A stretch of 62,754 nt of DNA, the filler included. It is 11 parts of 11 records of this genome, joined end to end, with 100 filler letters (N's around TTAATTAATTAA, not from the genome) between each part and the next. Parts side by side here need not be neighbours in the genome. Positions count along the whole stretch, not along the records: positions 31,827 to 37,672 come from SRR7504441_228; positions 37,773 to 50,806 come from SRR7504441_238; 9 more parts are not named here. One strand, 5' to 3'. Positions 34,640 to 48,445 of this stretch are shown piece after piece. Position numbers and translations under genes: made by a program. The first letter of the stretch is position 1. Each line of letters opens with the position of its first letter. The notes beneath the pieces are model-generated. The model was not told the DNA's origin and searched no databases. It worked only from the letters and a program-made list of their open reading frames with translations.

Positions 34640-36166
34640 ATGAGCCGGGTGTGCCTGCAGCGCCGCGGCCGCTCACGCACGGCAGAGTTGACGGAGCCGC
34701 GACAGTGTCAGTGGGGCTCGATGGCGGGCTCAGTCGCAATAGGGCCGGATGGCAAGCCGGTGTTCGACGGTGCGGCCTCCCGGTCGGCGCTTGGTCGACG
34801 GTGGCGCAGCGATGCTCAAGCCTGGGGAGGAACCGGAGGAGCAGGACGAGGAGGAAGAGAGCGAGCCAGGGCACGAGAGGCCCGACATGGCGGAGCAGAG
34901 GGGGAACGCGAAGATCAAGAAGCAGAAGGGAGCGGGGGACACCTGGGCCAACGATGACAAGCCTAAGAAGGGCTCAGGTGCGCAAACCGTCTGCGCTGGA
35001 CGCTCACTGCTGGCAGAGCCGGCATGGGCTATGCAGAATAAGGCGAAGGAGGTGAACTATGGCTATGGAAGAGCCACGATGAGCCAGTGAGTCGAAGACC
35101 CGGCGGCTGCTCACGGAGTGCAGGTGTAACGAGGTGTCAGGCCGGGCGCCTGTCGAGTACAACGTGGACAAGGCCAAGGAATATATCAAAATGTTGCATC
35201 AGGAGCTTGATCACGCCACCTACCAGGAGCAAGAGCATGCCACGGATTCACAGGCATATTGCAAGAGGATCGGTCCAGGGCTCGACCAAGGCACGCTCGT
35301 GAAAGATTGGGAAGAGGAGAACCAGCGATCAGCTGAGGCGGTTGTGCTGCACCTACCAGAGCCCGGGCAGGACGGCAAGGTGATGCTCACTGAGCAGCAG
35401 AAGATGGAGCTAATCAACAAGCTCGCCGACTTCAGATCGTCCCCCAGGGCGCTCCATCGACTTCGGCCGCCGAGCGCCAGCAGCAGCCGGCACCGAGCCG
35501 GGTCGCCCGAGCGCTCGCGAGCTGGCTCCAGTTGTGCCAGCGGTGCCCAGACTTCTCGGAGCTGCCGAGCCAGTTCGCCAACCAAGCGGAGCGGCTCGCC
35601 TTCGCGCAAGTTCTCGGAGAAGGAGATCAAGGACGTAGTTAACCGGTGGGCTGGCGGCCCGACTTAGCCTGAGCGGTGGGCAGGCTGTCCAAGCCCACGG
35701 CACGCGCCAGGCTGGGCAGTGAGGACCGTAACCGACGAGCGGCCGCAGCGCGCTACAAAGCACAGCCGCAGCCAACGTTCCTGAATGCCACCTCGCGAGA
35801 AATGGCAGCCTGCCTGAAGCCGATCCAGGATCGGTCAATGACAATCGTGAACCGGAAGAAAGCCTGGGTCCAGCAGCAAAAGAAGCAGCAAGCAGATGAG
35901 GTCGGGCTGTGCACTCCGGACTGACCAACCTTGCCTTGTAGGTGGAGGCCACCATTCAGAAGCCTGTGATTTCAAGCTCAGCTAGCAAGAAGAAGCGCAC
36001 GGTCGCAGATCTGATGCGCTGGCAACAGACGAAGCTGAACAATAGGAAGGTAAATGCAGAGCAGCAGCAGGCTGTTGTCAAGGCGACGCTGGCCCCGTCA
36101 ACTTATTTCAAGAGCAGAGCTACTGAGATCATGTCCACCGAAAGGCTGTATCTGGGCAGGCACTAG
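34640..36166 (+). CDS. Hypothetical charged/coiled-coil protein, possibly microtubule-associated
   Basis: Multi-exon; EIKDVVNR|LSKPT.., QKPVISSSASKK..ADLMRWQQ; stop at 36164-36166. Confidence 0.45.
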
Positions 36167-36271
36167 CAATTAGGTCCATGTACAGTATTACGAATTTGCA
36201 TGAGCATGCATACGGATACAATCATAACTAGTTATAATTATACATAATTATGTATAGTGGGGGATCACGAG

Positions 36272-37501
36272 TCAAACCGACTCGGCTGATTTACTGATAA
36301 GACCTCTGAGCGTGCTAATTACGACCTCCTTGTGCTCCAATTGCCCTCGAGCAAGCTCAACTGCGGTGTCCAGCCGCCGTTGCTTTACCTCGAGCTCTTG
36401 CCGCGCCTCATGAAGCCGCCGGTTCTACCCAACCGTCAGCTACCGCCGCTCGCAACACACCTCTGCCTCGTAGCTTAGCAGTTCCCTTTCGAGCCGAACA
36501 ATTAGCGCGTCCCGCTCGTAGCAGCTCTCTGCGCAATCGTGTAGCCCCGCTAGACAGGTGGACAGCTGGCTCTGGAGTGGGGCTATCGCCGCCCCGAGCT
36601 CGCTAAGAGCATCCTCGAGCTTGGCCCGCTTGTCCAACCCCTGACCCCACGGCTGGCCGAGATCGGCCCGGGGAGCGCCTCGGTCGCTTCCCGCTCTAAC
36701 TTGGCAATGCGCTGATCTTTCTTGTGCAGCTGCAGCTCGAGAGTCTGCGCGAGCTCCTGGTGCGAGGCCAGACTGCCCCAACCGCCCGGTGACATCGGCT
36801 CGCTCGCGCCCGGCCGGTCCACTAAGGCAGGGCTCGGCCAGGAGCTCGGAATTTCGGAATATTCGGTCTTGAGCGAGTCGCGCCGGCTGCCGGACTCGCC
36901 TCCTTCCCCAGCCGCTGCGGCCACGGCGGTCAGCCAGCCGTCGCTGCTGCTGCTGCTACTGCTGCTATTCCGGCTAGGCGCAATCGGCTTCCCAGGCGCC
37001 GACTCGCCCAGCTCGTCCACACTGTGATAGTGCGACTTGAGCCTGGCCGCTGTGCGCTGATCGGTCGCTACCGCGGGTTCAGGCAGCTCCAGCTGTGTGA
37101 GCTGGCCCAGCGCCCGCTGGAGCATGGCCTCCAGTTCGCTCACCTGGCCCGGCTCGGCCACGCCCCATGGGCGGGCGGACCTCCCCCCGCCGACGGTGCT
37201 CCAGCTCCACCAGCTCCTCCGCCGACTCGGCCAGCAGCTCGTTTAGCACCCTCACCCGCGACCGGAGCTCGCCCTCCGCCTGGCCCTCCCACCACTGTCC
37301 GACCACTCCCACCCCGGCCGCCCCCTCCCCCAGCCGCCCCGCTGACAGGCCGGCCCGCCTCTCCGGGCTCTCGAGTGCTGAGTTGAGCCCGAGCCAGGCG
37401 GTGAGCGCGACGGCGCTGATGATACCCACCAGGCCGGACCGGTCCAATGCGCTCAGGGCCAGCCCGGCAATCAGCGCACCCAGGCTGGTCCACGGGGCCA
37501 T
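36272..37501 (-). CDS. Hypothetical membrane-anchored coiled-coil protein, multi-exon
   Basis: N-terminal hydrophobic hairpin, then coiled-coil exons ending GQLEHKEVVISTLRGLISKSAESV*. Confidence 0.5.
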
Positions 37502-38226
37502 GGCGAGGCCCTGGCCAGGCTTCGCGGGCCTGATGACACCGCGCCGGGACGACAACGGTGTTCTTAACGGACGATTTCGTTCCGTCGGACCGGTCGGGAA
37601 TCTTGCGCTCGCTGTCGCCACGAGCCCGTGCCGTGGCAATATATGTCGGGCAACAAGGACCTGACACAGCCCNNNNNNNNNNNNNNNNNNNNNNNNNNNN
37701 NNNNNNNNNNNNNNNNTTAATTAATTAANNNNNNNNNNNNNNNNNNNNNNNNNNNNNNNNNNNNNNNNNNNNGGACGACTCCGCGCTACTCACAGCCTGG
37801 CAGTAGAATGCGTAAAGATGAATTCGTGCACCTTTCTGGGTGCCCGGCTCGAGTTCTTGCAGGGTCGCTCGGAATCTGGCTGGCCGGCATAAAACATTGC
37901 GGCGGTGCGCTTCTTCGCTAAGGGCTCCGAAGCTTTGCAGCTGTAGCGTACTTGGCCGCCGACCAGCTGAGTGGCACGACACCAAGCAACGGACTGTCTC
38001 TACAAACCAGACCCCGGTGCAGGCGGTGCTATCAAGTCACCTGGTCGTCGCATGTGCAACACGCACTACCGTCCGCTGACCCTAATACCGCTGACCCCAG
38101 TATCAGGCAAGACGGCGGAGCTCAGTTGTCGGCACAAGGAATCAAGAAATCACAGGCAATGCAACCCGGGCTCCGCGGGGCCTGAGGGTTTGTGGGCGCA
38201 GGCGGAGTGCCGTGCAGGTGAGGAGC

Positions 38227-38889
38227 ATGGCAGGCAGGAAGGTGACGCTGCAGGATAGGAACGAGAAGACCTATGAGGTGAGCGCCCCCCCCCCCCCGCT
38301 GGGCCGTGCCGCGGCTGAGCGGGACCGTTGGTGGCAGGTGGATTACGACGTGGCGATGATGTGCGAGACGATCAAAGCGCTCATGCCACCGGAGGAGGAA
38401 GACGAGGACTTCAGCTCGACGCCGATTCCGCTCCCGGCAGTCGAAGCCCAGCACTTAGAGTTGATTATCGAGTGGTGCAAGCACGAACTCGAAAACAAGG
38501 AGGCCAAAGAGGAGCTAAAGAAGAAGTGGAATAAAGAGTTCTTCGACGAGAAAGACGACACGACGATCTTCGCGATAATTTTGGTTCGTCAGCCTCGCGC
38601 CACGGGCGGCGGCCTGATCCCGGCGGTGCCAGGGGGCCAACTACCTAGACTGCAAGGAACTGCTCAAGGCTGGGGTTTATCACGTGGCGGGGATTCTACA
38701 CAAATGTGAGTCCGACGCCCCTGGGTTGTGCGCTGACCGATGTGTGTGCGTGGGGCTGCAGTGACGCCAAAACAAATCTGGGAGCGATACAATCCTGACA
38801 AACCGCTGCCAACAAAGGAGGAGATTGATAAAATATTCGAGGACCCACAGCTAGAATGGGCAGCGATGCCTGATTTCACCTGGGAGTGA
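38227..38889 (+). CDS. SKP1: SKP1-family protein (divergent)
   Basis: Three GT-AG introns; KVTLQD..YE|VDYDVAMMCETIK, IPLPAVE..LELIIEWCKH, WNKEF, IIL|GANYLDCKELL. Confidence 0.88.
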
Positions 38890-39488
38890 TGTGATGCACT
38901 CGCCCTTCAAAGCGCAGTGGGGCATTGCGTCGGACAAACAGGACTACTGTCTTGGGCTGATAGGCGGCACCGGGAGTAGCTGGTCAGTTCCGGCTGGTCG
39001 CCGGCACAGATAGTGCTTGCACTGGAATTCGACAATGCGCGGGGAACCTATTTTAGATTTCAACCATACTTTTTCATAGTGACAATAACGATTCATGTGG
39101 AGCGACAAAAGTGATTGTTGTACAATCATGCGTGTCGGAGCTTCAATGCATAAACTCAATAAGTTTGCTCTGCTTCTATCGTCGTGTGAACCCTAGAGTT
39201 CACCGCCACATCCGTTCCTGCTCGTCAGATATATAATTTCGAGCCAGCGCATAAAGCGCAGTATGAAAAGTACAGCTAACTGCTTTCAGTGTCAGGCTGT
39301 CGAACGTCGGGAGAAAACGATAACTCAGCTCCGCCGGGGCGCCAGGCCGAGCAGGCAGGCAGCTAAGGTCAGAGGTTCCGCCGAGCGTTCGCATCGAGGC
39401 GAGAGCTGTCAGTGCTTGTGGCCCGCGTTCGGTCTGAGCCTGAAGCCGCGCTCCGCCGGCCACGCCTGCGGTCCAGCAGCCCACGGCT

Positions 39489-42400
39489 ATGGCGGGATCG
39501 GTGCGCAATCGGCCTGGCGCGCGAGCGGCCGGTGACGCTTCTCTGCAGGACGAGCCGGAGACGCTGCAGCTGCAGCAAAACAACGCTAAGCTGGCTGCTG
39601 TTCTGAACGAGAAGCGCGCTGAAATCGCCACACTGCAGGCGCTTGCCCAGCTGGCTGACAGCCTGTGAGTGTTGCACTGCAGCGGGCTGCGGAGTCGGGT
39701 GCTGCTGCGAAAGTCCAGTACATAGAGATGCTGGGAGCAGCGACGCGCTGCTGGAGCCAGGTGCGCACACGCACATCGGCTTCACGCCCTGCTCTGCTGC
39801 CCTGACACATTCCGCGCCCCGTCCTATCGCGAGCGTTACTGCGGGTCTTCACGAACTGGAGGTTTAAATGTCCAGGGTTATGGGCCTGGCTGGCCGATGG
39901 CGGGCTGCCTGCGGGGGGCTGTACTGTACTGAGCTGCTGCTCTGACAGCTACAAGCTCAGCTGGAAATGGCTGTGTCGAGGATGGGTGGCGGATCCGCCT
40001 CTGCAGTTGAGACAGGCGCTTTTTCTCCATTTTTGCCCAAATAATTCGCTGGTTCGACACAGGGGAAGGCACGTTCTTGGCGGCACTCCAAGCTGCGTGG
40101 CTGAAGGGCAGCTCCTTTGAGTATGTCGACGAGGGACTAGTGCAGTGTTGCGAAAGAATCGGGTCACGCGGCACCGCTATCTGTGTGACTTTGGCTGTCT
40201 TCACAGGCAGTTGGCTGTCAGCCTTGCGGCAACAGCCGAGCGCAACAAACCTGCGGCTGATATGGGTGCTGCGACTTCTGAGACGGTGATTCTGCCAGTC
40301 CGCCCTGGTGTCCACTGCCTGCAGGATGCTCTGCGAGGCAAGCTAGCTCGAGCGTCAATGGATAACGCTGTGCTTAAGGAAAGGTGGGGTGTAAGACCTG
40401 CTGCCATCTGATCTGTGCGTCAGGGCTGAAGTGTCCGAGGCCAAATTGACACAGATGGAGAAGGAGAGCCAGGAGGTGGGCACACATTCTAGTTGCGATC
40501 GTCAGCCTGTCTACAGGTTGCTTCTCAATTGCTTGTAACCAAACGAAGCCTACATCTCCTCCGAGGGGAGCATGAAGAGGTAAACGTGTAATCTTGTAGA
40601 TTATGACCAGCCTTCTCCTACTGATTTTTCTTGGCGCAGCTCAAGAGCCAGCCGCAGATAAAGCAAGAAGCTCAGCCAGCAGCTGAAGTGGCGATAGTCA
40701 ATGAGCAGCCGAACGATACGAAAGAAGAGGAATCGGCTGCAATGCGGCATTTAGAGGCCGAGCTGGTTGGATCAAAGGCAGAAAGTGAAGCACGTCTGCA
40801 AGCCATCAGTGAACTCAACAAAGAGCTGGAAGCGTGCAAAGCTGCATTAAAGCAGCTTCAGATGGTTCACACCGAAGTCAGCGACCAAGAGGTGCGTGCC
40901 GCTTCAAATGCTGAATGAAAATTGGAAGATGCGGCTCAATCCGTGAATGCCATATTGACGACCTGTTTCTCAGGTGCAGCAGCATCCCCAATTTGTTAAC
41001 ATGAACATGGAATTGCAACAAACGAAGCGTGAGCTTCAGGTGGCCAGAGAGGACAAGGATCGTCTGTTTTGGGAGAAGGACACATTGGAGGCCACTCACT
41101 CACTCCAATTGGAACAAACAAAGTCCAAGAGCATGCTTGAGCAGCAAAAGGTTAACATGCAGTACGACACAATAAGACAACACAACTCTCGCCTAAACGC
41201 CGAAGTGGATGCCTTGAAGCGGAGACTCGAAACCAAGGATGTAGTCCCTGACTTGGCGCCTCAGATTCAGGAACAGAAGTTGCTCATCAGCACTCTGCAG
41301 GTGGGCGTGCTGTGCCAGTTGTGGCATATTGATTGCTGGTTCCAGGCGCAGCTTGAGCGATCAACCAAAGAAACAGTTCGACAAAAGGGACTGCTTGAAG
41401 TCGCAGACAAGCAGGTAAAAGCTGCAGAAAGCCAAAACAAAGACGAGATGGTTGCCCAGCTCAACGTCAAATTGGAGGTAGCCTGCTGTCTAGGCATCTC
41501 AAACCCCGATAAGCTGTATGAGTTTGGGTGTCTTGGCAGATGAAAGAAAAAGAAGTAGAGGAGTACATTGAGGAGATCAATGAGGTAGCAACAGAATATG
41601 AGCAATTGACTACTCAAAATGTGCGCTTGCTTGATCAATTGAAATCCAAGGAGGATGCCAAAACCACTTTAATAGAGGAAAAGATTCAGGCTAAACGCAT
41701 CGAGTCGATGCTGCGAGCACAGAAGGAAGAGCTTCAACGCAAAGCTACCGCAATAACAGAAGAGAAGACGGCCGAAAAAGTTGTTCAAGAGAAACTGGTT
41801 GAGCAATTGAAGCATGCAGAGTCGAAAGCTGCCAACCTGCTCCAGTCAGAGCAAGTGATGAACAAGCTAGTAGAGACACACAAGCAGTTCGCAAAAGGTG
41901 AGCTGCACAAGTGTAAAAAGTGTCTGATCTGGACTCATCCTGCTGCTGATATGCCTCCGTTCCTAGCCCATTTTGCTGCACCTGCTGGTTGCACGCTTTG
42001 GCAGTAACCCTTCTCTTGTCAGATGCCATGGTACTGTATAATGGTTCACGTGCTACCCTGGAGGCCAATAAAAAGGTCAGAAGCAAGCTGTTGCACAGTT
42101 TAATCTGATTTTGCTGCAGGAGTTGGAGGATTGGAAAAATCATAGCCGCGCTGATAGCGATGTACTGAAGGAAAAGCGACTCGAAGCACAGAAATTGAGT
42201 GAGCAGGTGAAGAGCTTAACCAAAAAGCTCGCCTACTACACCGACAAAAGCGGTGGAATCAAGCGGTCTGGAGCTGAAAGGGAATTAGAAGACCTCCGAC
42301 AACTTTTGTCTTGCAAGATCGATCCATCAAAAATGCTAGGGCTGAACACATTTTGTGTGATCACCAAGTGCTTCCATTGTTTTAGCGAGGCAGGGCTGTC

Positions 42401-42491
42401 AAAACGTATTGCGAACCGTGATCGTAAATGCCCAGCATGCGGGCAGAGATTTGACCAAGCTGACGTGAAAACCATCTATACGGACTTTTGA
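39489..42491 (+). CDS. BRE1: BRE1/RNF20-40-like H2B ubiquitin ligase, many introns
   Basis: N-terminal LQQNNAKL, long coiled coil, EEYIEEINEVATEYEQLTTQNVRLLDQLKSKED, C-terminal RING-like VITKCFHCF..RDRKCPACGQRFDQADVKTIY. Confidence 0.88.
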
Positions 42492-42613
42492 GTTCTCGAG
42501 TATCGATTCTTACATAATAATAGTATTAAAAGAATTATTTGTCGTGATCCACAGTTTTTAAGTCCCAACGTGCGGTTCTACGTACTTATCCCTCATTCTA
42601 CCCGCTGTCTAGC

Positions 42614-45534
42614 TCATTCATCTTCACTATGATCAGGGCTGTCGTCAACAATTCCATCGAATTCGTTGTCGCTGTCACTTTCAAGTACTTCCGTGTGCTC
42701 TTTTGCGGCAGTAGTTTGATTGTCAGGGGTGTCCAATGGAACAGGAATCGCCTTAGGTTGCGCCTTTGTAGCCACCACTGCGCTTTGCTTCGATCCAACT
42801 GGTACTTCATTGGTGACTTGGGTACTTCGCTCTCCATCTGCTGGGCATGGAACTGGTTTTGAGGTGTCATGATGAACGATACTTTTAGCTTCAAAAACGT
42901 TGACCGCCAGAGCATTAGATTGAGGTTCTCCGCCCAGAAGGGGCGCTGGCTTGGCAGCGCTGCTGTACAGCGCTGATGCACCATGGTTGAACTCAGGTGG
43001 CTGTGTCAATTCAAACCTTGCGGGTGGCCGCGGTTGAATGCAAATTGTGCATATGGCTAAAATCGTCTTGCATGCTGAGAGCGCTTCAGCACTGGTGGTG
43101 CTATCGAGACTAATGGCCTGGCAGAGGACATGCTAAGTTAGTCAGTAGCAATGAGAGGGCCGATACCTTGCAGATTTGTATTGCATGAGGCACCAACGGT
43201 GGTGCTGAGGAAACTGGCGCCAAAAGCGTAGCCGAGAGTGCCATGAGGAGATCAGCCTAGGAACCCCATAATTCTCAGACTCTGATAAGACTCTTATAAA
43301 AAGCAAGGTAGGGACACTTATCAAAGTCCACCTGATAATATCTTTTGACTTCCTTTGCGAGAATGCTGCATCGCAATGCCTCCAGCTGCAGTGAACAGTG
43401 GCAGTCAATATTTTGGCCCGCGGCATACCACTCACCAGAACACCATCAATGCTGACTCGGGTGCAGCTTTCTAAATGGGCCCCGCACTCTTCCAGCACCG
43501 CGCGAACTAGTTGTATTGCACTAAGGACAAGCTGCGCCTGCGAATAAGGGTAACTGTTAAGTCTGGCAGCAACATGGCCAGACCGGGGACTCTGATCTGT
43601 CTGGAGTGCTGGGCTCAGTCTCGCTCTTGTGTGCAGTCTTATGACGCTTGGCTTTTCGACCTCCTTTTGAGCTTGCTTCCTTGAGGACAGTCTGCTGAGA
43701 CTGTGCTGGAAAGCTGCTTTTAATATCTTCAAGGGCAACTTCAAGCACTGGCAGCAAAAAGCCTCACAAATCAGAGCATGCTTATTGCACCTGGCTCGAT
43801 CAAAGAGCCTTTGAGGTTGGCTCCAAGTGTCTGTGTGGCGTATTTTGCAGCACAATAGACCTTCAAAGACTTCAATTTAGCCAAGTTGATCCTGCAGGGC
43901 CAACCTTGGCTCGTGTGGCACCAGAACAGTCCTCTTTATTGCTCTGGACCAGCTGAAGCAATGCTCGTCCAATTCGCTGGTGCAATGGCAGTAGATGCCG
44001 CCTGCAGAATACAGCCTTGAGTTTTGAGCGCGGAGCATAAACCCTCTGACTACTTGACAGCACAAATCTACCTTGTTGCCAGCGCTAGTTGTCCCATTAG
44101 AAGCGCCAACTCTCCTTGGACCAGGGGAGTCACGAAGCTGGCTTCAGTATTTCGCAACTGGAAATTTCAACCACAAATCAAACACTGGTTTGCCTCATTG
44201 GATTCACCGGGGCAATGGCTTTGTGCCAAGGGCTTGACTGAGATGATGATGCGACATGCTCCAACAATCCAAGAATGCGTTTGGCAGGAACTGCTCTTAC
44301 AGGAGCCTACAACAAAGTGTCAGTCTACTACTTGTGTGTAAGCTCACGGCACCTCGTTCTCAGTGCTTAGTAAGCTGGAAGCCCAAAGACACAATGCAGC
44401 GACTCGGTTCGAAATGGTCGTTGCAATTTTGAGTGAGCCAGCCTGGCCCATAGCTGTTACTTCTGCGCGCTGATGCAGAGTAGCGCGCACGTCAGCTGGC
44501 GTGGAGAGAGGCTCGAGCGAAAACAGAGCTGATCCTGGCTGTACAGCAGTCTGCAGTCCCAAAACAAGCTCGAGCTCATGAAGCACTGTAGTCATAATGG
44601 CCTGCACAGCATTGCCAGTGAGTGGCCGGAGCTATATGCTGGCATTTTGACCTCCCAAGAAGCCTGAGGGCAGTTGCAAGTTGCTAGCAGCCCAGCAAGC
44701 CGCGCACTAGCCTGCAAGCACTGCTGATTCATCTCAGGGCTCTGGCGCAACCTGTGCCATCCGTGGCTGCTCAAGCAAACTGCTGCACAGGCTGAGAGCA
44801 GCGGGTGTGTGGTGTCTCATGGTGCCGGGAGAGCAGCTCGTAATGCGGCTCAGAGCGTCCAGCCTTCCCTGGGACAGGTACAGGTTATGCAATCCTTGGC
44901 GTAGTCCAGCACCTGGCTCTCACCATCACTCCAGGCACTCTGATCGAGCAAAAGTGTAATCAGCCGCGGCATTTGGCTCCTTGATATGCTGTGCAGTGCC
45001 TGCAGCTACGCTTGCACGGACACATGACATCGGCCAGTCACCTCAGGGTAGGCCGTGGCGCGTTCGATCACTGTGCACGCCGATGCAACAGCGGCCTGTC
45101 GGACAGCGCCGGAAGCCTGTATTGCACTGGGTGGTGCCCAACCGGGTGGAATAACCTTAATGACACGCAGCAAGAGGTCCAGCCCGCTGGAGCAGCTTTC
45201 CTGAACGAGCGGCACCGGTCCGATTTCCATGGTTAGAGCTATCAGCTGTGTGCTGCACCACTGTTCCGCCTGCCCCATGAGTCAGAGACAGCGCAGCGTG
45301 CTGGTCGCCTCGGTCCCTTGTGCGAGAGCGCCCAGCCTGTTCCACCACACGCGGATAGAGCCCTCGTTCCCGTGATCCTCGGCGCTGGGCAGCACCAGTC
45401 AAGGCCTGGGTCGCAGCCGGGCAGTACTGCGCACGCGACAGGAGCGACTGCGCCCGGAGAGCCTCGAGCACCAGCGAGACGTCAGCGGTGCTCGAGCCCA
45501 GCGCTTCAGCCACCAGCCGCAGTGAGGAGGCCAT
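42614..45534 (-). CDS. PELP1/RIX1-like pre-rRNA processing factor, many introns
   Basis: Helical-repeat exons; spliced LMALSATLLAPVSSAPPLVPHAIQICK|..ILAICTICIQPRPP resembles the RIX1 C-terminal HPR motif; acidic tail SDSDNEFDGIVDDSPD. Confidence 0.65.
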
Positions 45535-45656
45535 CACTTGCTCGGCAGCGTCGCCCGGTACTGCCGTTGGCTGGCCAGCAGAGTGGCCACCTCCGGACAG
45601 GCGTGCCCGCGGCGGAGAGTGTGAATGCGGCGGCGCTGAGCCGCTGAGCGTCTCAG

Positions 45657-48445
45657 ATGCCCGACGTAGCTGCGGCCGACTTGTCAAAGAACGTGTTCCG
45701 GCTTCGGGGGCAGCTCTCGCGGCTCACCGGCCAGGTCTGGGCTGCCCGGCCGCTGTAGCCCCTGCCTGGCAGCAGATTCGGGTTGGCCTGGCCCCAGCGG
45801 TGAGCATTCGTCTGTGTTCAGGTCCGGGACATCACTGGGCAGCCGATTGCGGCCGAGGCGGCCGCCCCAGAGCCAGCTGATGAGGAGGAGAACGGATCGC
45901 TCCCGAGTGATGTTGGGCCCAGCACTGGCGATACCGAGCCGAGCTCTGATATGGCACTCGCCAAGTTGTCAGGGGACGCTGAAGAGGAGGAGCAACCTGA
46001 CGTGCAGGCACTGCTGACCGAAGAGGTGCGTGTGAGCCCGTTCTGAGGTGGTCACTGCTGTGTGCTCCAGGTGCTGACACTGAAGCGGGAGAAGATGAAT
46101 ATGCTCTCGTGCATTCACGACTTCGAAGCACAGCAGGAGGTGATGATGAAGACGATTGAAGAGCTTCAAAGAGGGCCAGTGCTCTCGAGCCAGTCGCCCA
46201 CACGGTCAGAAGTTATACGAGAGAACGCAGTTCTGTCCACGAGAATGCGCAATTTCCAGGACCAGCTCGGTGAGACGCGGGCTGATATGGAGGAGGAACT
46301 GCAATTGGTGAGCATTGAACTCTAATCGTTTGTGAGGCCTGTATTGTAAACTGCAGGTGCATGGCGACCAGAGCCTAATGCAAGAGGAGCTCGCATGTGC
46401 AATGGAAGACAGGGCTACTGTGCAGCAGCAGCTGGGACAGCTGCGTGCGGCCCTGGCCCAGGAGGTGAGAAATACAGTTTCTGACTGCAGACCTGCGCTG
46501 TCAGGTGGAAGACAAGGAAACAAAGCTTGCGCAAGCAAAGGAGTGCGTCAATGATGTGAAGGACGTTGTTGAGATCCTGGCAAAGCAACTTCATGACAAC
46601 CAGACGGTCTGTATGCGCAGCTGGGTCGCCCTGACGAGGGTGTATGACAGGAGCTGGAACAGGAGCGTTCTCTCAGGGCTAAGGTGACTGCATATCAGGC
46701 AATCACAGGACCTGACCTGTGCTGCAAACAGACTGAGGCTAGCCTAGAGGACAAGTGCGCACAAACCAAAGAGGAATTACTGCAAGCTAAAGGGTCGCTA
46801 ACAGAGGTATCAATTGATTCCTTTTGGTATGGCCTAAATCGCTCCCACGCGCAGGCGCAGCAAGTGATCAATACCCTCACTCAGACGAATAACGAGCTGG
46901 CCCAAGAGTTACAAGAAAGTGCCTCTCAAAGTGAGCGCGTTGCTGTTCAGCTGGAGCATGAGCTGGAGCACCAGCATGAAAGCAAGCGGCTTAGTGCTGA
47001 AGTCCTGGAGCTAAGGAAGGAGATCCAAACTCTTGCGATTGCCAATGCCAATGCTGCAGCACGAGAGCAGGAACTGAAAGAGGAGATCACAGCATTCCAA
47101 AAGGTCTCTTGTGACTGGGTAAGTGAACCCTTTGTGATGGGAGTGAGTGCAGCGTGAGGAGGAGCTTGGGGAAGAACTACAACACCTGACTGGTGCAGTG
47201 GACGAGAGGATAGATGGTGCCAACCTACACTAGAAGCCCCAGACATTGTTTAACGCCCGGTCTGCAGCTTACCAAGCACGGGAGCTGGAGATGCAGCTCC
47301 AGCTGGAGCAGATGGCAGAAGAACGCGACCAGGTGCGTTCTGCTTTGCGATTGAAACGATGGATACACGTCTACAGGTCCTGGAAAATGCTCAAGGCCAG
47401 TCACACAGGAGTCAGATCCTAAGTGTACCCGCAAAGCCCCTAGATGAAGTTGACCGTCTGAAGCAAATGGCATCCCTGATAGAGACGCAACGCCATGAGA
47501 CACTTAAAGCTCTGGAGCTCTCGCCACGCGCATCACCTGAGGTTTGATCCTTGTAATACTGAGTTAGGCCTGCCAATTTCTGTCCATTTTGCTTGCACTG
47601 ACGCCTGGTTGCTTTGATACAGTTCAGACGCACAGCTGCTTTGAGCACGCAGGGTGGGTTTCTAGAATGTTACTTTGTGAGGCTTATCCTGCTTTTATGA
47701 CAGGTCATCAAGAAATTGAGGTGGAAAATTTTGTGATGAAAGAGGCATTGACAAAGCTACGCAGGGCAAGCTAGCATTGGTGCACGAGTGAGTGCGGTGG
47801 CCAGGAATTCGCGGTTTTGAAGGCAGATAAAGAGGAGGCAGTAGTCCAGGCAGAGGCAATCCGCGGAGTCCTCAAGAAGGAATTGGGTGCCCTTGAGAGT
47901 GAACTTAAAAAGGCACTCGAAGATAGGTATGCTTATCCCCAAAGAGCCCTTGTGTATGCATGTCAGTGAGTGCGATGCTTTCATGGCTGTAATATTGTCT
48001 TGATAAGAGATGGTTCAGGTCACAGATGATGGTAAAATCATCACCTCTTCGTGTGCAAGAGCTCGAGGCAAATGTAGCACAGCTGCAACAAGACTTAGAG
48101 GTGAGTACGTTTCGGTGTATGTTTCCAAAATGCATTTGCTTGCAGATGTCAGCTACAGCTGTGTCTTCACTAGAAACGGCGCTTCGTCATGAGCAAGTCG
48201 AGAAAGAGCTTGTGTTGGACCAGCTCAAAGTTTTGTTAGGAGACCGTGATGCTACAGATTTACGGCTGCCAAGCAGAGGCGAGCTTATGGATACAGAAAA
48301 TGTGACCGCATCAGTCAAATCATTCTTTGGGAACCTCCGATCTGAAATGCTTTTGCAAGATGAAGGTGATCAAGAGCTTCAAAATTTGCTTCGAACAATT
48401 TACACATCTCTCCCCTTTCGACCTATTGAATCTATAAAGGGGTGA
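45657..48445 (+). CDS. Long coiled-coil protein, many introns
   Basis: Series of E/Q/L/K-rich exons bounded by GT..AG; no recognisable domain. Confidence 0.55.

Noticed and set aside
37773-37985. Acyl-CoA-binding-protein-like motif LYAFYCQA on the minus strand
   Set aside because: Too short and truncated by the contig end to support a call.
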